Sequence record: MW812343.1
Direction: 5' to 3' (one strand)
DNA length: 64,000 bases
Made by a program: the position numbers and the translations under genes. This document shows positions 23,329 through 33,044 of this stretch, piece by piece. The notes under the pieces were generated by a model. The model was not told the DNA's origin. It saw nothing but the letters and a program-made list of their open reading frames with translations, and did not search any database. The stretch's first letter is position 1; each line of letters starts with the position of its first letter.

Positions 23329-23916
23329 ATGTCGATGTGGAAGAATCTCTCTACCGCGTTTACGAAGCAGGAAACCGGTAGCGGCTTTCATGATTTCTTT
23401 GAAAGTAAGTTTAACATCGACCTGATAGCACCCGACGTGCGTGAAAGTATGCTGGAGCATCGTCGTGAGTTAGCCAATATGGAACTCTTCCGTAAGACCA
23501 CTGCGGCTGTCCGCAAACTGCGCCATTCCGATGGTACAGAATGCATCCGTCAGTTGGAAACTATTGGGGAGTTCCAGCACGCCAACCCACTGCTCCAACC
23601 GTTCTTGGTCGCCATGCCTGAATACCGTAAACCCTACAACGAGTTTATGGCATCGGGCTATGAGAAAGGTTTCTCCGAGTTGGATATCTTCCGTGGTAAT
23701 GCGTACATGCACACGGACGATAACTATCGTGAGATGACCACTGACGTCTCAACAGAATACGATGAAGACCGTATCTGGCATTGGGTTTCCAATGAAGAAC
23801 GTCAGTATCGTCCAGACGCCGTCGCGAAGGTCGAATTGAATATCAACCGCGTGAGAATGCGAGACTTTGATTGGGAAGATGCAGACCCCTGCTCCCAATT
23901 CAACGCCTCGATGTAA
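23329..23916 (+). CDS. conserved hypothetical protein
   Basis: 195 aa, CAGGAG RBS. Confidence 0.85.
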   Translation: MSMWKNLSTAFTKQETGSGFHDFFESKFNIDLIAPDVRESMLEHRRELANMELFRKTTAAVRKLRHSDGTECIRQLETIGEFQHANPLLQPFLVAMPEYRKPYNEFMASGYEKGFSELDIFRGNAYMHTDDNYREMTTDVSTEYDEDRIWHWVSNEERQYRPDAVAKVELNINRVRMRDFDWEDADPCSQFNASM

Positions 23917-23922
23917 TAGAAG

Positions 23923-23954
23923 AAGAGAGGGAGATAAGCACCCTCTCTTTTTTT
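23923..23954 (+). terminator. terminator
   Basis: AAGAGAGGG/CCCTCTCTT plus T-run. Confidence 0.7.
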
Positions 23955-24002
23955 CTTCTGTCAGCGACCAAATCCTATGTTAGCAACTTGGGGAGAAAAA
24001 CA

Positions 24003-24389
24003 ATGGTCGTTGCAGTCGGAACACTTTCAACGCGAGGTTGGGCAATCACAACCGGCGATAAAATCACGGAACTCATGAATCACTATACTGAGTCAGGTTT
24101 CAGTCAGTCAGTGATTTACCGTGGTAACATCAAATCATTCTCCTACCGCTGCGCAGCTTTCGCACAAGACCCCGAAGAACTGGCTTCCAAAGTCCAACAA
24201 GACTTGGTGGCGCTTTATGGGGCTGTGTTTCCAGCCGGTACGGAGGTCGAATGTACTTACGAGTACCTTGCCGATTCAGACGTGCGCTATCGTCTTATCA
24301 TTAGTCTGCGGGTATTACCTGTGGCCAACGGTGATTGGGTCGATGCAATGCGTTACGTCAATGTAGATAAAGGAGCATATGGTGGCTGA
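24003..24389 (+). CDS. conserved hypothetical protein
   Basis: GGGAG RBS before ATG 24003; upstream TATG. Confidence 0.8.
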   Translation: MVVAVGTLSTRGWAITTGDKITELMNHYTESGFSQSVIYRGNIKSFSYRCAAFAQDPEELASKVQQDLVALYGAVFPAGTEVECTYEYLADSDVRYRLIISLRVLPVANGDWVDAMRYVNVDKGAYGG

Positions 24390-25053
24390 CGAACCAGTGA
24401 AGTTTGAGAACAATGCCATGTATGACATGAGCAAAATGGGTCCTCAGGAAATCTTCGAATTCAACCGTGCGATGGAAATCGAAATGGAGATTCGTGATAA
24501 CCTCGATCCGTATGCACGTTTTACCGAAAGCATGTTCCGCCGTCAGGCGTTGCCAATTCTGAGCGGGCTGCTGGACGGGACTTTTGATGACAACGCGTAC
24601 ATCAATTGTATCGGCTCGCCGATGGTGCCGTTGCAGGTCGTGCAGGATGAAGACCCAACGAAGTTGATGTTCACCGTACCACCGCTGTTCTTCACCGGAC
24701 AGTCGTTGCTGCATGTGGAAGGCCAGCAGTCGTTGACGGATGAAGCGCTGGAGATTTCTTCTCGTGCTGAAATCCTGCCTATTCTGGGGCCACGCGCCAA
24801 ACACGATCTCATTGTCAATACGCTGGATGGTATTGAGATGGCATCGTACGAAACGAACCGTCGTCGTGCAAAACAAACAATCGATCTGCTGAACTGGGTG
24901 TTCAAGCGTTATAAGCTGAATGGCCAGATTGCGTACCCACAGGGCATGGAAGATTTGGTCCAAGCCGACGGGAAAGCAGCTGCCCCTGCGGCAGTGGTAC
25001 AACGCCAGCCGACTATTGCCGATGATGGAATCGAAGATGGTGAAGACCTCTAA
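24379..25053 (+). CDS. conserved hypothetical protein
   Basis: 224 aa, AAAGGAG RBS. Confidence 0.85.
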   Translation: MVADEPVKFENNAMYDMSKMGPQEIFEFNRAMEIEMEIRDNLDPYARFTESMFRRQALPILSGLLDGTFDDNAYINCIGSPMVPLQVVQDEDPTKLMFTVPPLFFTGQSLLHVEGQQSLTDEALEISSRAEILPILGPRAKHDLIVNTLDGIEMASYETNRRRAKQTIDLLNWVFKRYKLNGQIAYPQGMEDLVQADGKAAAPAAVVQRQPTIADDGIEDGEDL

Positions 25054-26206
25054 GTCCCCAGTGGCTGCGGCCATTGAAAAGATTTACAACGTCCCACCAA
25101 AACCCCATGAAGTGAAACGCATGTTGGTGTTGAGCGATCTCCACTTGTTACACAAACGGGTACCGACATGGCACCTTGTTAGCGTAACGAAAACGCTCAT
25201 CATCAAATGCGGTAATACCCTCGACGCCATTTATATAGCAGGTGACCTCTTTGAGGATTCTCGGCAATTACGCCAGACGGATTCGCAAGAGGCCATGGGG
25301 TTCCTGTCATGGTTGTTGGCATACTGCAAAACGAATAACATCGCGTTGCGTATTGTCGAGGGCACCCCCTCTCACGACCACGGTCAATCGAAAATCATCG
25401 AAGAGATGAACGAAGCCGTGGGCGCTGATGCGCTGTATTTAGACGGTATCGGTATCTTCTACGATGCGGCTATTCAGGCAACAGTGGGTTGGGTGCAGGA
25501 TGAGTACAAAGACCGTGTTGCAGCGAACACCGAAGCAGAAATGGCAGAACTGATGGCGACCCGTGGACTGGAGAAAGTAGATTACTTCTTCATGCACGGC
25601 TGCTTTACGTTCCAGCTACCTGTGGAGTCCCCGCGTTCGTTCAATGAAAGTTTTTGGTTACCACGGACACGTCTCGGTATTTATATCGGACATGACCACC
25701 GTGAAAAGATGAACGACCTGATACGCGTCACGGGAAGCGTTGATCGGTTGTCTCATGGTGAGGAAGAAGACAAAGGGATGACCCTTGTTGATTTCACACC
25801 GACGGTCGCAAGGAACTATTTCCTTGTGAACACCGAAGCCTGCCCACAGCGTTCTGTGGCGGCAAGCACAGACCATGAGGCGCAGTACGCCAAGTGTCTG
25901 GCAGCGTTGGAGTATATCGATACCCACGTCTCATCGGCCATTGGCCGGTTCAAGGTGGAATATTATCGTAACTCTCCTATCGAGGAGCACATCAACCGCT
26001 GGAAGCGTGAGTACCCATTCCACATCGAGGGAGTGCGTATTAACACCGACGAGGAAGAGAAAGCACTCGAAGCCGTGTTCTCCACTGAAACCATTGTGGA
26101 TGAGCGCATAGGGCCGAACAATGTTGAGGCCATGATGTTAAACGGACTCGAAGGTCAGGATTACGACCTTGAGATTGTTGTTGATGTCATTAGGAGCATT
26201 GCATGA
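25037..26206 (+). CDS. Mre11/SbcD-like metallophosphoesterase nuclease
   Basis: SDLH, AGDLFE, EGTPSHD, FMHG, GHDH motifs; start uncertain. Confidence 0.88.
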   Translation: MVKTSKSPVAAAIEKIYNVPPKPHEVKRMLVLSDLHLLHKRVPTWHLVSVTKTLIIKCGNTLDAIYIAGDLFEDSRQLRQTDSQEAMGFLSWLLAYCKTNNIALRIVEGTPSHDHGQSKIIEEMNEAVGADALYLDGIGIFYDAAIQATVGWVQDEYKDRVAANTEAEMAELMATRGLEKVDYFFMHGCFTFQLPVESPRSFNESFWLPRTRLGIYIGHDHREKMNDLIRVTGSVDRLSHGEEEDKGMTLVDFTPTVARNYFLVNTEACPQRSVAASTDHEAQYAKCLAALEYIDTHVSSAIGRFKVEYYRNSPIEEHINRWKREYPFHIEGVRINTDEEEKALEAVFSTETIVDERIGPNNVEAMMLNGLEGQDYDLEIVVDVIRSIA

Positions 26207-27048
26207 GAACCCCAATAAGCGTCGATCGCGTATTTGGGAACTATCAGATGTCAATCGCCACATCGTTGGCGATGGAAGGTTTACTCCATACGGGCGAATA
26301 TGCCGACTGGAAAGGCAAGCTGCCCATCCATGAGTATCAGGAAATTTACTTAAATCTCCGTACGTTGTTCCGTAATGCATTTTACGCATTTGAAGATAAT
26401 CGTGAAAGATTAACTGCTGACGTTTTAAGAACTTGTGTCGAAGAAGATATAGAACAATTCACTGCCACCGCTGCGGCGGTGGCCCCCACGGTGGTATGTG
26501 TCCCTTATATCTGTCTGTACAAATCGGCCAACAAGCAGTTTCCTTTGGCGAAGTTCCGTAATGCGTTAGGTGGCGACGAAACCATGACGCCGAATCAGGC
26601 GTTCTTCAATTCCGTTGAGCAGGATTTGTATCACATGCTCACGAACGAAGAGACGGGGATGGAAAACCTTCTGGCATTTGATGTGTTTCCAAAGAACAAC
26701 AAGGATACCCTGTTGTTAACGCATTACCCGGCCGATCTGATCCACAAAGAGCGATTCCCGAAACTGGGCCTGCTCGAATCCCACAGCGGGAAGGTGAAGA
26801 AACAACTGGAGTGGTACACGAAAATGTACAACAAGCCGAAGCAGATACCGTTTAACAAAGCGTTTCTGACTCTGTTTGGTGATCAATACATGTTCGCGCC
26901 ACAGGACAGAAAAATTCGAAACGTGTTGCTGAAAACAGCTGAGAAATACAACTGGGATCAGACCACATCGATGGACCGTATTTACAACTGCCTCAAGCTG
27001 GTCAACGAACCGCACGTTATTGATTACCTGCGCAAATTGAGCCACTAA
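26203..27048 (+). CDS. conserved chimallivirus core protein (possibly PIN/5'-3' exonuclease-like)
   Basis: 281 aa, ATGA overlap; fold guess from acidic motif spacing only. Confidence 0.6.
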   Translation: MRTPISVDRVFGNYQMSIATSLAMEGLLHTGEYADWKGKLPIHEYQEIYLNLRTLFRNAFYAFEDNRERLTADVLRTCVEEDIEQFTATAAAVAPTVVCVPYICLYKSANKQFPLAKFRNALGGDETMTPNQAFFNSVEQDLYHMLTNEETGMENLLAFDVFPKNNKDTLLLTHYPADLIHKERFPKLGLLESHSGKVKKQLEWYTKMYNKPKQIPFNKAFLTLFGDQYMFAPQDRKIRNVLLKTAEKYNWDQTTSMDRIYNCLKLVNEPHVIDYLRKLSH

Positions 27049-27110
27049 CTTTTTACACCACTGGGGTATCCTTTGAGGATACCCAAACATTTTAATTGAA
27101 GGACGCCAAC

Positions 27111-27770
27111 ATGGCCATGATCAACAAAGAACTTTTCCAGGACAAATGGTGCTACCCGCAGACCGAACCTGATAATCAGGGCAATACGCGTAAGCTGGGT
27201 ATCGAACCGAACTTCTTTAAAGACTCTCCAGATTGTGAAGGTCTGAAGTTCAGCTATTCGTTTGGTAAAGGCGAAGGCGTTTATTACAACTGCGGTCCGA
27301 CAATGTGCCAAGTGCTTGTCGACGCGCTGCAAGATGTGCTGAAGAAGCCAGAGAAAGATGTACTGAGTCTGCCGTTCTCTGGCGGTAATAAAGGCACCAT
27401 TACACTGTCCGTAGGCCGTGGTGATGATCTCATCCCATTCATGGCAATCGGTGGCGAAATCAACGGCCAGCGTCGTACGAAGAAGTTCTTCTTTGTACCG
27501 CCAAAAGGCTACGGTATCGTGCGTAACGGTACGCCGGTGTCTGATCTCGAAAACGCGGAACGCATGTGTCGCGCCTTCATTGGTCGCTTCCACAAGTTCC
27601 AAGAGTGGCTGGATGAAAGCTTCAAGAAGCGTGAGTGGAACAACAACGGCAGCGGTCGCCAAGGCAGCGGTGGCTACCAGCGTCAGGGTGGCGGTAATGG
27701 CGGTGGTTACCAAGGTAACAACCAGCAATCCGCACCGGCAGCAACAGACAATTTCGATGACTACGTTTAA
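27111..27770 (+). CDS. chmC: ChmC-like nucleus-associated ssNA/RNA-binding protein
   Basis: Directly upstream of the gp68-like and PicA-like genes; ~180 aa domain plus N/G/Q/S-rich disordered tail ending DNFDDYV. Confidence 0.65.
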   Translation: MAMINKELFQDKWCYPQTEPDNQGNTRKLGIEPNFFKDSPDCEGLKFSYSFGKGEGVYYNCGPTMCQVLVDALQDVLKKPEKDVLSLPFSGGNKGTITLSVGRGDDLIPFMAIGGEINGQRRTKKFFFVPPKGYGIVRNGTPVSDLENAERMCRAFIGRFHKFQEWLDESFKKREWNNNGSGRQGSGGYQRQGGGNGGGYQGNNQQSAPAATDNFDDYV

Positions 27771-27889
27771 CTAAAATAATGCCCACGGGACATCCCGTGG
27801 GCTTAGGACGATTATGTGTTCCGGTTGCATTCGATTCCTTTTTAGATAGATTTTATCGTCGTGCTAATAACAATCGGGGTTTCGCGATA

Positions 27890-29515
27890 ATGAAAATTGT
27901 AAAGAATAAAGAGATTATTACTATCAGCCACAATGGGGAGGAAGTCCGTTTTGACCAGATTCCAACCCAGCGTAAACGGCAGGGTCCCGAGCCGCGTGAT
28001 AGTAAAGGTGTCGTGTTGACAGCAGACCGTTTGCTGTTTATCGAACTGAACCGTTATTGGGGTACGCTTAATGAAGCGGAACAAGACGAACTGTTCGGGG
28101 CTTATACGTTGTTGTCGGAGCTGGCAGTAGAAGGCGATGAGGTCATAAGCGAACATGCACCTAAGGTCATGGAAATCATCGCGAAACACCACAAAGCCGA
28201 ACGTTTCAGAGAACTGTATCCACTGAAGAACGTGTTCATTCCGCAAAAGCTACATGCTTCTATTGCAGACATGTCACCGAACTACACGGAGTCCATGACG
28301 TACTTTGTCCCGGACTATTATCACCTGATGATTTTGACGCTGTTAATCAAACCGTTTATTCCGGTCTTTGCGGTGCTTGGGGCGTACGTGTCGGGCAAAG
28401 GTATCTCTCAGGAAGTCAAGCGTAAGGTTGTGTACAAAATCAACCTCTCCTTTGACCTGCTGTCAGAAACTGAAATCCGCCAATCCGAAGCCGTTCAGAA
28501 GTTGGAGCTGTTCTTACCGAGTCTGGTAGAGAAGTTCCAGAAAGAGATGAGTAACCGTGGCGCAGGTACCAGCTTGTCGATTCTGTCATCCGTTATGGGT
28601 TACGGGTCTGACATGATGGATGAATACCTGTTGTCGTTAACGATTGTTCGTCTACTGGCATTGCGTCCGTGTTATTGCGATTTCCCAGATGGGTCATTGG
28701 AAGACAGCTCGATTGTCTCCAGCATCTATTTCGGTATTCGTACCGAAGTGGAATCCGGGTTCGCTAACCGTATCGCAGGCCAGCAGGTTATCCTGAAACA
28801 ACATCCGACTGCCGTGGTGTTCAATGGGGAGAAGGGGAAGGTCAGTGCCATCGACTTGATTCAAGGTCGTAGCCCTGCACCGATTAAGGAATATGTTCGT
28901 CCGGGCATGACGTTCAAGGATTACCGCCGTTTCATCAAAACGTCCGGTTATGATATCGCGCCCGCCAATGCGAAGTGCTTGATTGATTCCCAAATCGTCA
29001 ACCACACCGGTCCGACTTACGAACTGCACGAATGGTTAGCAGCGGCAGCGTTACATCGCTTTGCCGACCACCGCGCATTCAAAGACATCGACCCGGATAA
29101 GTTCCCGTATGGGGTTGGCCTTGCTCAGGCTATCTATCTCTATTACGGAATGCCGCAGGTGGCACAGTTGCTCAGTTGTGAAATGATGCCGGGGAATATC
29201 AGTGGTTATCCGATCGAGCCAATCGATAGCGAACTGAAAATATCTACAGATAGATATTATCCACAGGCATACCGTTCACCCCGTAACGAATCACAGGAGA
29301 GTATCGTTCGAACATCGTTAGAGTTGTTGGTGCGTAATCACCTGAACCCGTATCACTTCCACCTGAAAGCTTCACCCGAAGCCGCAGAGCTGTTGAAGTG
29401 TGAAACGGATATACCGAACTATCGACCACATGGTCGTATCCTCACGCAGTTAACTGAGTTCTTAGCGATTCAAGCTCGCCAGAAAGTCAGTGAAGTAAAA
29501 TGGTTTAATTCATAA
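27890..29515 (+). CDS. non-virion RNA polymerase promoter-specificity subunit (phiKZ gp68-like)
   Basis: ~540 aa; syntenic position two genes before nvRNAP beta-C locus partners; no diagnostic motif recognised. Confidence 0.65.
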   Translation: MKIVKNKEIITISHNGEEVRFDQIPTQRKRQGPEPRDSKGVVLTADRLLFIELNRYWGTLNEAEQDELFGAYTLLSELAVEGDEVISEHAPKVMEIIAKHHKAERFRELYPLKNVFIPQKLHASIADMSPNYTESMTYFVPDYYHLMILTLLIKPFIPVFAVLGAYVSGKGISQEVKRKVVYKINLSFDLLSETEIRQSEAVQKLELFLPSLVEKFQKEMSNRGAGTSLSILSSVMGYGSDMMDEYLLSLTIVRLLALRPCYCDFPDGSLEDSSIVSSIYFGIRTEVESGFANRIAGQQVILKQHPTAVVFNGEKGKVSAIDLIQGRSPAPIKEYVRPGMTFKDYRRFIKTSGYDIAPANAKCLIDSQIVNHTGPTYELHEWLAAAALHRFADHRAFKDIDPDKFPYGVGLAQAIYLYYGMPQVAQLLSCEMMPGNISGYPIEPIDSELKISTDRYYPQAYRSPRNESQESIVRTSLELLVRNHLNPYHFHLKASPEAAELLKCETDIPNYRPHGRILTQLTEFLAIQARQKVSEVKWFNS

Positions 29516-29526
29516 GGAGAATCAAG

Positions 29527-31224
29527 ATGTTATTACGCGACTTACAAATGTTCCCGGTACGTGAAATTCCACAACAGTACCGTCGTCGTATTGCGTTCAA
29601 CGCAACGACCAGCGCTCTCGGCGAGCTGTCACAGATTGTTGAGGAGAATGGCCAATCTGCCTCCGGCACGCAGGCGTACCAAGATTCTCTCAGTAATATC
29701 GTCGGTTTCGATGGTACCCCAGACGGTTTCGAACAACCGCTGGTGAACATCTCTGGCGACGATAAGAACATCCAGCCATTCCGTTACGAAAACCGTGACA
29801 CCGGGTTGTATAACTTCGTGGCGGTACTGGTGGCAAACCCGATTAACGATACGCGTTCACAAGAGCTGCGTTACATCGTGACGGGTTATACCTCACAGGC
29901 AGAACAGAGCCTGTTTGGTAACCTGCCGAATGACATGGTGTTGTACATCAACGAAATCTACGGGATGCAAACGGTCTACGACCGCACGCCTCTCGGTGAA
30001 CGTGTCATTAACCCGAACGGCTTTAAGATGGTGGATAACCTCGTGTTGTCCCGTGCACTCGCAACACAGGGGTACCACGAGTCCAGCATCAACGCCATCA
30101 CCGTCAGTAAAACTGCTGACATGATCAAGAAGATGAACCTCAATCCGGATGAGAAGTTCATGCCGAATGAGGATGAGATTTACGCCCCGACTGCGACAGC
30201 GGCACCCTCGCTGTTGGCCGGTCAGCTCAGCCAACCTGAGAACTTCGTGACCGCCATCTCGAACTCTTATCTCCGTACCATGGGGATGGACAACGAGCTG
30301 ACGCAAGTCGAAAGCTTCTTTGAAGGTACTGGCGGTAGCAACGTTGAGAGTGATCTCAGCGCACTGGGTGTCGTGCGTAACTTCTCGAACTACGACCTGA
30401 TTAAAGCGTTCCGTCAAGCACTGACCAATTCACTGGGCAGTTCGTCTGACGCGTACAACGTGGCATCACGGGCACAGTTCCGTCTGGGTGATCTCAAAGC
30501 AGCAGTTGCTAACCCGAACGAAGTCGATAAGCAGATTGTGGCCTCGCTCGAAGTTGCTCGTAAGTTGGGCTTAGGTGAAATCGAGCAGACCGACCAGTGG
30601 ATTGGCCATAACGGTTATTCCACCATGGGCTCTCTGTTGTCCTACGAGCTGGCTATGCAGCTGGGTGCGATTCTGTCGCGTAACTTGGTGAGTCGTGTCA
30701 GCTTCGACTTCGATAACCGCCACAGTGACTTCTTGACGCCAGCACAGCTGACCGTTCACGGCAACTCCATCTATTCACTGAGTGAGCGTCAACTGCCACG
30801 TATTCTGGCAGAGCGCTTTGAGCGTGATCTCCATGCGATGTATGTGAAGATTACCAAACACAACCACATCCGTTGTCATATCCGTGTCCATGCTCTGCTG
30901 GGTACGGTGACACGCGTGGAAGTGTTGATGGATGGTGAAACCACGAAAGAGTTCTTCACCTATGCTTCGTTCATGTCGTCACGTCTGCATAACGGTAACA
31001 CCACCAGTCTCGCCTACACCGGCCGTCTGGCGAATGATACCTCGAAGCTGATGTCCGCCATCGAAAGTGGTTATCACGGTCACACCACGGCGAGCAATCG
31101 CAGCAACATCATTACCTCCGCACCATCATCACCGAGCAGCTTCCGTACGGGCAACTCGCTGTTAGATGATGATACTCCGGCAGCAGGCGTTCGTCTGGGT
31201 ACCGGCAACAGCCTGTTAGACTAA
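29527..31224 (+). CDS. picA: PicA/Imp1-like nuclear import factor (phiKZ gp69-like)
   Basis: 565 aa; synteny (follows gp68-like gene); disordered S/T-rich C-terminus. Confidence 0.6.
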   Translation: MLLRDLQMFPVREIPQQYRRRIAFNATTSALGELSQIVEENGQSASGTQAYQDSLSNIVGFDGTPDGFEQPLVNISGDDKNIQPFRYENRDTGLYNFVAVLVANPINDTRSQELRYIVTGYTSQAEQSLFGNLPNDMVLYINEIYGMQTVYDRTPLGERVINPNGFKMVDNLVLSRALATQGYHESSINAITVSKTADMIKKMNLNPDEKFMPNEDEIYAPTATAAPSLLAGQLSQPENFVTAISNSYLRTMGMDNELTQVESFFEGTGGSNVESDLSALGVVRNFSNYDLIKAFRQALTNSLGSSSDAYNVASRAQFRLGDLKAAVANPNEVDKQIVASLEVARKLGLGEIEQTDQWIGHNGYSTMGSLLSYELAMQLGAILSRNLVSRVSFDFDNRHSDFLTPAQLTVHGNSIYSLSERQLPRILAERFERDLHAMYVKITKHNHIRCHIRVHALLGTVTRVEVLMDGETTKEFFTYASFMSSRLHNGNTTSLAYTGRLANDTSKLMSAIESGYHGHTTASNRSNIITSAPSSPSSFRTGNSLLDDDTPAAGVRLGTGNSLLD

Positions 31225-31233
31225 GGATAATTC

Positions 31234-32607
31234 ATGCACATCATTAAGTTTTACCAATCCATGTTGGAGTCGCTGGGGTTCAACCGTGACGGTGACCTGT
31301 TGGTCTATGCCGATGACGGTACACCGGCGTACTTCACGTACAACAAAGAGAAGCGCCGTTTGGTGCTTCCTACCAACGCCATGATTAAAGCAGGAATGGA
31401 AGATGCGAACGGCAAAGAGTGCCACGCTTTCCATCCCCTGTGTGAATCGGTGTTGACCGGGGAATCGGGTACTATCCGTTTCCTCAAGCGTGCCATCCGT
31501 ATGCGTCTGTGGATGAACAGCTTCGATCTCATCGATGCTATCCTCGACACCGCAGCAGAAGGCAAAACCATCAAGCAAGCTGGGTACAAGAAGTTCATGA
31601 CCGATGTTATCTGTCAGGGCATCAAAGATCCGAAGCTTGATGATAAGCTGCGTAGTGCGTGGGTTGCCTTGCGCAACCACATGATGGAAACGGAGAACAA
31701 GAAGCAAACCAACTTGTTCATCGCATCCGACATGTCCATCGAAGGTGTGAAGTATGTCCGTGTGGCAAACTACAAACACATCTTCGAAGAGGAATCGTAC
31801 GACGACACTGCAACCTACTTCGGGGTGAAGTTACCGCGTAAGCAGGATAAGGTGATTCTGCATCGTCTGCTGATGACCGTATTCGGCTGGTACCCAAGCA
31901 TGTGTGGTTCCAATGACAACCGTCCGTACTTCGGCTGTCTGGCACGCGGTTGGGCGCAATGGGTGATGAACTACAATAACATCGTGAAAGGGCTGCGTGA
32001 GCATACTGCGCTGAAACCCCTGAGCGATGAGTGGATTGGTCAGCTGGATGAACTCCAGCAATACGACAACGTGATTCAGACGCTGCCGTATAACACCGGC
32101 TCATCATCCAAAGACCCAGAACGTGATACCACAGCTCGCGAGTACAGCGTAACTCCGGCAGCCACGAGCACCACGGTGGACCGACTGGCGACTCAGCAAA
32201 ATAAACCTGAGGCGGGTAGTCTGGAAGCGTTCTTCGACCGTGCACTGCCAAAGACCGCCACGTCCAATGGCCTTGACCTCAGCAAACTGACGCCTGCGCA
32301 GCAGAAGTCGTTGCGTGAGAACGGGCACTTGAACGGGTCGTCTGACCAGTCTATTGTCGGCAAGTCGCTTTCTGAGGCCATGGGACAAGCACCACGCAAT
32401 TCCCTGAGCTTAACCTCAGAGATTGATCGCACCAGTCTGTTGTCTGTCAGTCAAGCATCAGGTCTGTCCAGTAGTCGCTCTGGTAACTCGTTACTGGATG
32501 ATAGCCCAGCACGCTTAGGCGGGTTAGGTGGTCTGGGTGGCGATTCAGGTGGCCCACGTCTGGGTGGGGTTAATCCAACCAAACCGAAAGACGGGTTCGA
32601 GTGGTAA
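31234..32607 (+). CDS. conserved nucleus-associated protein (phiKZ gp70-like)
   Basis: 457 aa; synteny; low-complexity G/S C-terminal half. Confidence 0.6.
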   Translation: MHIIKFYQSMLESLGFNRDGDLLVYADDGTPAYFTYNKEKRRLVLPTNAMIKAGMEDANGKECHAFHPLCESVLTGESGTIRFLKRAIRMRLWMNSFDLIDAILDTAAEGKTIKQAGYKKFMTDVICQGIKDPKLDDKLRSAWVALRNHMMETENKKQTNLFIASDMSIEGVKYVRVANYKHIFEEESYDDTATYFGVKLPRKQDKVILHRLLMTVFGWYPSMCGSNDNRPYFGCLARGWAQWVMNYNNIVKGLREHTALKPLSDEWIGQLDELQQYDNVIQTLPYNTGSSSKDPERDTTAREYSVTPAATSTTVDRLATQQNKPEAGSLEAFFDRALPKTATSNGLDLSKLTPAQQKSLRENGHLNGSSDQSIVGKSLSEAMGQAPRNSLSLTSEIDRTSLLSVSQASGLSSSRSGNSLLDDSPARLGGLGGLGGDSGGPRLGGVNPTKPKDGFEW

Positions 32608-32648
32608 AAAAATAAAAGAAGGAAGGGACCGAAGTCCCTTCTTTTTTT
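32606..32648. terminator. bidirectional terminator
   Basis: GAAGGGAC-CGAA-GTCCCTTC with A- and T-tracts. Confidence 0.8.
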
Positions 32649-32649
32649 G

Positions 32650-32973
32650 TTAGGTGGTGATAGTGTTCAGAATATTCTCTATCACTACAGGCGATGGAAT
32701 ACGTAACGTCGGGTATTTCTCCGGTGTGAAGTCCATCGGGTTCGATATCCCGTTAATGAGCATAATGGGGTAGACTTGGTTATCCTGAATCTCTGCGAGT
32801 TTGCAATATGCATAGAAGCTATGTATTTCTGGCCATGCAAACTCTGCCTTGGTTGCAACGTCTTGCGTGTCCGCATGGTTGCGAAGGTATTCGGTGTAAT
32901 CCTGCATTAACTTGCGCTGTTGACTATCGAGCGAAGGTATCACTTCACCGAGCGTAACGAAACTGATGAGCAT
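32650..32973 (-). CDS. small conserved hypothetical protein
   Basis: 107 aa, AAGGAG RBS on minus strand. Confidence 0.75.
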   Translation of the reverse strand: MLISFVTLGEVIPSLDSQQRKLMQDYTEYLRNHADTQDVATKAEFAWPEIHSFYAYCKLAEIQDNQVYPIMLINGISNPMDFTPEKYPTLRIPSPVVIENILNTITT

Positions 32974-33003
32974 AGAGGTCTCCTTGAAAAGATCTACGAA
33001 TAT

Positions 33004-33018
33004 ATATTATCTCGGTGA
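33004..33018 (+). promoter_or_regulatory. putative early promoter ATATTATC-TCG-GTGA
   Basis: Motif copy 27 nt before the nvRNAP beta-C gene. Confidence 0.65.
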
Positions 33019-33044
33019 AGTAACCAAGAAGGAGTATTAAAGTA

